DNA of 64,000 bases from an uncultured Verrucomicrobiota bacterium. GTDB lineage: Bacteria > Verrucomicrobiota > Verrucomicrobiia > Limisphaerales > UBA9464. This document shows positions 59,341-64,000 of this stretch, in pieces. Under the pieces are notes generated by a model. That model saw nothing but the letters and a program-made list of their open reading frames with translations, did not search any database and was not told the origin of the DNA. The stretch is from positions 7,058 to 71,057 of the forward strand of contig CAJAHH010000015.1 in the NCBI GenBank assembly GCA_903939515.1, written 5' to 3'. Position 1 is the stretch's first letter; every line of letters starts with the position of its first letter. Position numbers and translations under genes: made by a program.

Positions 59341-60456
59341 ATGAGCGACCCCCGTTACGCCAAACTGGCCAAGCTTCTCATCGAATACTCCTGCGAACTA
59401 AAGGCGGGAGAGAACATCTTGCTCGACCTAGTCGATACTCCGGATGCGATGGCCGTGGAACTCATCCGCGCCACACGGGCCGTGGGAGCCACTCCGGTCG
59501 TGGAGATGCGCCATTCGCGGATCCTCCGCGAGGTTCAGATGGGGACTGATGAACCTCATGCCAAACTGGTACGGGATCTCGAGCTAAACCGCATCCGCAA
59601 GATGCAGGCTTACATCGCCATCCGCGGCGCGAACAACGCCAGCGAGAACAGCGATGTGCCGTCCGAGAAGACCCGGCTCTATTCTAAGACTCTCCGCCCC
59701 GCTCTCGATCATCGCATCAACAAGACCCGCTGGTGTGTCTTGCGCTGGCCGACGCCGAGCATGGCCCAGTCGGCCAACATGAGCACCGAGGCCTTCGAGA
59801 AGTTCTACTTCGACGTGTGCACCATGGACTACGCCAAGATGGCGCGGGCTGTGAAGCCTCTGGAGAAGCGCATGATCAAGGCCGACAAGGTCCGGCTAGT
59901 GGCTCCGGGCACCGACCTCTCCTTCTCCATCAAGAACATCGGAGCTAAGCCCTGCGAGGGCTTGCGCAACATTCCCGATGGCGAGTGCTTCACCTGCCCA
60001 ACGCTCAAGTCGGCCAACGGCGTGATCACCTTCAACACGCCCACCCTGTACGCGGGCACCAAGTTCGAGGGCATCCGTCTGGAACTGAAGGAGGGTCGTA
60101 TCATCAAGGCCACCTGTCAGGGCGGTACCGAGCGCAAGCTCAACGAGATCCTCGATATGGATGCCGGAGCCCGGTCCATCGGCGAGTTCAGCCTCGGGTT
60201 CAATCCCTTCATCCTGAACCCGATGTGCGACATCTTGTTCGATGAGAAGATCGCCGGCTCCCTGCATTTTACTCCGGGCCAGGCCTACGAAGATCCGGGC
60301 AATGGCAACAAGTCCGCCGTCCATTGGGACATGGTGCAAATCCAGCGGCCGGAGTGGGGCGGCGGCGAGGTTTGGTTCGATTCCGAAATAATCCGGCGAG
60401 ATGGTCTTTTCGTGCCGAAGGACCTCCACGGGCTCAATCCGGAAAACCTCCGCTGA
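59341..60456 (+). CDS. Aminopeptidase, M29 family
   Basis: MSDPRYAKLAKLLIEYS, NIPDGECF, IGEFSLG, ILFDEKIAGSLHFTPG and NKSAVHWDMV. Confidence 0.93.
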   Translation: MSDPRYAKLAKLLIEYSCELKAGENILLDLVDTPDAMAVELIRATRAVGATPVVEMRHSRILREVQMGTDEPHAKLVRDLELNRIRKMQAYIAIRGANNASENSDVPSEKTRLYSKTLRPALDHRINKTRWCVLRWPTPSMAQSANMSTEAFEKFYFDVCTMDYAKMARAVKPLEKRMIKADKVRLVAPGTDLSFSIKNIGAKPCEGLRNIPDGECFTCPTLKSANGVITFNTPTLYAGTKFEGIRLELKEGRIIKATCQGGTERKLNEILDMDAGARSIGEFSLGFNPFILNPMCDILFDEKIAGSLHFTPGQAYEDPGNGNKSAVHWDMVQIQRPEWGGGEVWFDSEIIRRDGLFVPKDLHGLNPENLR

Positions 60457-60492
60457 GGGGTTCTAAAACCCGTCCGCTCCAGAACACCACCC

Positions 60493-61473
60493 ATGTCTGC
60501 GTCCTTACCTCGCTGGCTGCGAGTCTCCTGCATTCTGGCTCTGACATGGATGTCCGGACTCGTCCAGGCTCGGGACTGGGAACCCGGATTCCGCGACTTG
60601 GCCGCCTGGGGACGCGGTCTGCATTTGCGGCCCGTCGCTTTGGGTGAAGAACTCCTTTTGACCAACCGCTGGACGCGCATGCGGTTCCGGAAGGACTCCG
60701 ATCGGATGAGCTTCAACGAGGTGGAGTTTCGCCTTTCGGACCGCATCTCAGTCGAAGGCGGCCATTTCCGGGTCTCCCAGCGCGATATCGATTCGCTCAT
60801 GGCGCCGCTATTAACCCCGCCCAAGCGCACTTCACGCCCCATTAAACGCATTGCCATCAATGCCGGGCACGGTGGTCGAGATCCCGGCAACATGGAGGGT
60901 CGTCGGATGGAGAAAAACTACACGCTAGATCTGGCCATCGACCTGGCCCGACACCTCAAGGCAGCGGGGTTTCAGGTAGTATTCATCCGTAGCTCGGACC
61001 GGTTCATCGCCCTTCCGGATCGGGCGACGGAGGCCAACCGCGCAAACGCCGACCTGTACGTCAGCCTGCATTTCAATGGGTTCGATGGGCCTGGTAATGA
61101 CGCGGTGCAAGGCCTCGAAACCTATTGCCTGACGCCTGCTGGGTCCCCTTCGAGCAACGATTCCCAACGGCACGGTCGGATGGCCGGTTTCGACGCCAAC
61201 CGCTTCGACCGCGAGAACGTCACCCTCGCCCACCTCGTCCATCGGGCTGTCCTCGATCAGACCCCCTTGGCCGATCGGGGGGTGCGCCGGGCCCGCTTCA
61301 AAGAATTGACGTTGCTGCGAATGCCCGGGCTCCTCATCGAGGGCGGCTACATGACCCACCCTGGAGACACCCGGCTGATGGACTCCAAAAAGTCTCGAGA
61401 CCAACTCGCCGCCGCCATTGCCGACGGCATCCTCCGCCACAAGAAGCTGGTCGAGCGCGGCACCCCGGAGTGA
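60493..61473 (+). CDS. N-acetylmuramoyl-L-alanine amidase (Amidase_3)
   Basis: GHGGRDPG, EK, L.DR...AN...ADLYVSLHFN, G.ETY, DRGVRRARF and LIEGGY. Confidence 0.92.
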   Translation: MSASLPRWLRVSCILALTWMSGLVQARDWEPGFRDLAAWGRGLHLRPVALGEELLLTNRWTRMRFRKDSDRMSFNEVEFRLSDRISVEGGHFRVSQRDIDSLMAPLLTPPKRTSRPIKRIAINAGHGGRDPGNMEGRRMEKNYTLDLAIDLARHLKAAGFQVVFIRSSDRFIALPDRATEANRANADLYVSLHFNGFDGPGNDAVQGLETYCLTPAGSPSSNDSQRHGRMAGFDANRFDRENVTLAHLVHRAVLDQTPLADRGVRRARFKELTLLRMPGLLIEGGYMTHPGDTRLMDSKKSRDQLAAAIADGILRHKKLVERGTPE

Positions 61474-62007
61474 GTCCCGGCGACAAACCCCTTCGCCAAA
61501 ACCGCCAGCGGTGATTGGCCCCAGGAAGCACAAGCGAGGCGAATTCTCAGTGACGGTGTGAAAACCAATGAAACTTGCCGGTATGAAAACCACTGAGCCC
61601 AGAAACTCAACGGATCATAGATCCGGCCTCAGCCTGTCGGTTACCCGAGGGAATTCTGATCAACTCTGGTGGACCCCGGACGCATTCAGCCTCATCTGGA
61701 AGAAGTAAGAAACGCTGGCGCTCATCCTAGAAGAAAACCGATCCGAGGATTCGGCAAAACCTCGGATTTTGAACCGGTAACTTTCCGTGGATTCCGGAAC
61801 GTTGCTGAGAGCGAATTCAACCCGGGGGCCAACGCCACTCCTGTGCGCATCTGCTCCAGCCAGCCTCCGTGCTGCGGTCATCGCCGATAGGCATACTCGC
61901 ACCGGAACGCTTCGCTCGGCCAAACCCAGAGCGAACCCTCCGAGTGCTTCTGAGGCAGCCGGTTTGCGAGGCGCAACGCGGGGAGCAAAAGCCCTCCCCG
62001 CCCCAGC

Positions 62008-64000
62008 TCACTTTCGCTGGCCGGTGACCAATTCCTCCACCAGAGGCTTGGCGGCGTAGACGCTGCGAAGCGCCTCCAAGATACCCGCGCTGTGGACCGA
62101 AAGGGCCCGAGCCTGAGTTTCTTCGTAGGCAAACCCCAGCACCAACGACTCGATGTTGCCATCGAAGATGATGCCGACGAATTCGCCATTCCGGTTCACC
62201 ACTGGGCTGCCCGAGTTTCCACCGATGATGTCATGGGTGGAGACGAAGTTGAACGGAGCATCCGCATGGAGGGTGCGACGTTTCTTCTGCCAGCGTTCGG
62301 GCAAATCAAACGGAGGGCGATTCTCCATCTCGGCGGAACGCTCGAAGATTCCGCCCAGCGACGTCGTTGCCGGGATGGCCTTACCCAGCGAAGTATACCC
62401 CTTCACTACCCCGTAGGAGAGACGCAGGGTGAACGTGGCGTCCGGATACTGCCCCTTGCCTTCCAGAGCAAAGCGGGCTGAGGCAATCGCCGCATGGGCC
62501 TGCTTCTTAATCTCGGCCTGAGCCTCCATCAACTGCCGCACTTCGCGTGCCTCGGCATCCACCAACTTGGCCACCAAAATGAGGGGATCCTCGGAAGCAT
62601 CGATCGCCAACGTACCGCCCTTGTAGAGGCGACGACGCTCATCGACCGAGCGCAGGCGACTGCCATTGATGAGTTCTGCAGCACGGGCCCGCGGCGACTT
62701 GCCGGCCATCACCTTCTTGACGATAGGATACTCCGCTCCGAGTTGCTCGTTCAGGTAGGTCAACGAATCGGCCAAGCTGATGATTTCGAGGTCATTGTGG
62801 ATGGGTTTGTCGGAAAAAAGACTCATCTCCAACGAAGCTCGTCCCGCCTCGGCAAACTCGCGCAGACGTTCCCCGTCGGCCTTGGGATATTCTCCGGCCG
62901 CACGGACTAGGATGTGGGCGATATCGAAGAGCTCCGACTGGAAGGCCTGTCCGGCTTCCAGCAATCGGTGGATCCGCTCATACCGCGCGATCGACGACTG
63001 GGCCTGCTGGATCTGGTCATAGGCCGCCGCGGCGGGGGCAAAGGCCGGATTGGCGGCAAACTTCGTGCGCAAGGCCATCTCTTGCTGGCGCTTGGACTGC
63101 ATCAAAGCCGGATCGTAAAGGCCGGCATGACCGCCATCGCGGGCCTTGCGGCTGTTCTGAATGCCAAAGAGTTCATCCTTCGCACGCCGGGCATTCTCAG
63201 CACTGCGCTCGCTCCAAGACCTCAAGAGCACCTCACGGCGCTTGAGATAGGCGAGCGCAATCGGGTACTGACGGTCGCGAAGGTACTCCAACTCGGCGAC
63301 GGTGAGCATGCGCTCCGTGCGGCCAGGATGCCCCGAGACGAAGGTTAATTCGCCCTCGGCTGCACCCGCCTTGGACCACTTCAGGTAGTGCGGCACCTTC
63401 ACGGGTTTGCCGTCCTCGTAAGCTCGAAATAAACAGATATCGAGGTCGAAGCGCGGATACTCGAAGTTGTCTGGGTCTCCGCCAAAGAAGGCCACCTGCT
63501 GCTCCGGTGCAAAGACCAACCGGACATCGGTGTATTTCTTGAACCGGTACAAATGATAGGCGCCTCCCTGGTAAAGCGTCACCACATCCGAACGAAGGCC
63601 CGTGGCGTCGAGGGATTCCTTCTCGATGGCTGCCATGACCCGTCGCCGAGCTTTCACCGCATCGTCGGGCGATAAGCCGGCGGTCACCGCGGCATTCACG
63701 CGCTCGGTCACATTCGCGATGGATTGCAGCACATTCAACTCGAGGTCCACGCAGGCAATCTCCTCTGCCTGGGATCGGGCGTAGAATCCATCGCGCAAGT
63801 AGTTCTTCTGGGCGCTGGAAACCTTCTGAAGGGCGTCAGCCCCGACGTGGTGGTTCGAGAGGACTAATCCATCTTCGCTGACAAACGATCCGGAGCCCCC
63901 GGAGTTGAACCGAACCGAAGACTTCTGGAGGTGCTCCAGCCAAGCGTCGGTCATCTCAAAGCCATACTTGGCACGCACCTGTTCCCGGGGAGGATCATTG
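62008..64000 (-). CDS. S46 family dipeptidyl peptidase (5' end outside the window)
   Basis: GGSGSFVSEDGLVLSNHH, DVRLVFAP, FGGDPDNFEYPR, YPDATFTLRLSYG and DIIGGNSGSPV..G.IFDGN. Confidence 0.95.
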   Translation of the reverse strand, partial: NDPPREQVRAKYGFEMTDAWLEHLQKSSVRFNSGGSGSFVSEDGLVLSNHHVGADALQKVSSAQKNYLRDGFYARSQAEEIACVDLELNVLQSIANVTERVNAAVTAGLSPDDAVKARRRVMAAIEKESLDATGLRSDVVTLYQGGAYHLYRFKKYTDVRLVFAPEQQVAFFGGDPDNFEYPRFDLDICLFRAYEDGKPVKVPHYLKWSKAGAAEGELTFVSGHPGRTERMLTVAELEYLRDRQYPIALAYLKRREVLLRSWSERSAENARRAKDELFGIQNSRKARDGGHAGLYDPALMQSKRQQEMALRTKFAANPAFAPAAAAYDQIQQAQSSIARYERIHRLLEAGQAFQSELFDIAHILVRAAGEYPKADGERLREFAEAGRASLEMSLFSDKPIHNDLEIISLADSLTYLNEQLGAEYPIVKKVMAGKSPRARAAELINGSRLRSVDERRRLYKGGTLAIDASEDPLILVAKLVDAEAREVRQLMEAQAEIKKQAHAAIASARFALEGKGQYPDATFTLRLSYGVVKGYTSLGKAIPATTSLGGIFERSAEMENRPPFDLPERWQKKRRTLHADAPFNFVSTHDIIGGNSGSPVVNRNGEFVGIIFDGNIESLVLGFAYEETQARALSVHSAGILEALRSVYAAKPLVEELVTGQRK

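Overview
About 60% GC bacterial DNA. The gene inventory points to Verrucomicrobiota (inference): three prepilin/H-X9-DG genes, a PVC-type CxxCH haem protein, CotH, FGE-sulfatase proteins and secreted proteins ending in a 'FYRV/YFRV' domain. Most of the window is ordinary: a sugar-acid catabolic cluster, secreted hydrolases and lectin-like proteins, recC-recB-recD, an IS200/RAYT-like Y1 transposase, an M29 aminopeptidase, an amidase and an S46 peptidase. No rRNA, tRNA or CRISPR array was seen. The exception is a ~9 kb minus-strand block at ~7.45-16.3 kb. It holds a clear MamK-type actin with no other magnetosome genes. The actin is flanked by three genes sharing an unannotated 'IRRLA...PG.K..DP.R..KL.L..EIR..NR' domain (partial in one). 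Two of these carry a FimV-type LysM domain plus a transmembrane helix, and one of those two runs in frame into a phage-type YdaU/DUF1376 replication domain. Downstream lie a short repeat array, a 27% GC tract and a winged-helix Rep-like gene. I read this as a candidate cell-wall-anchored actin positioning or segregation system, possibly on an integrated replicon. All family calls come from motif recognition by eye, not database searches.
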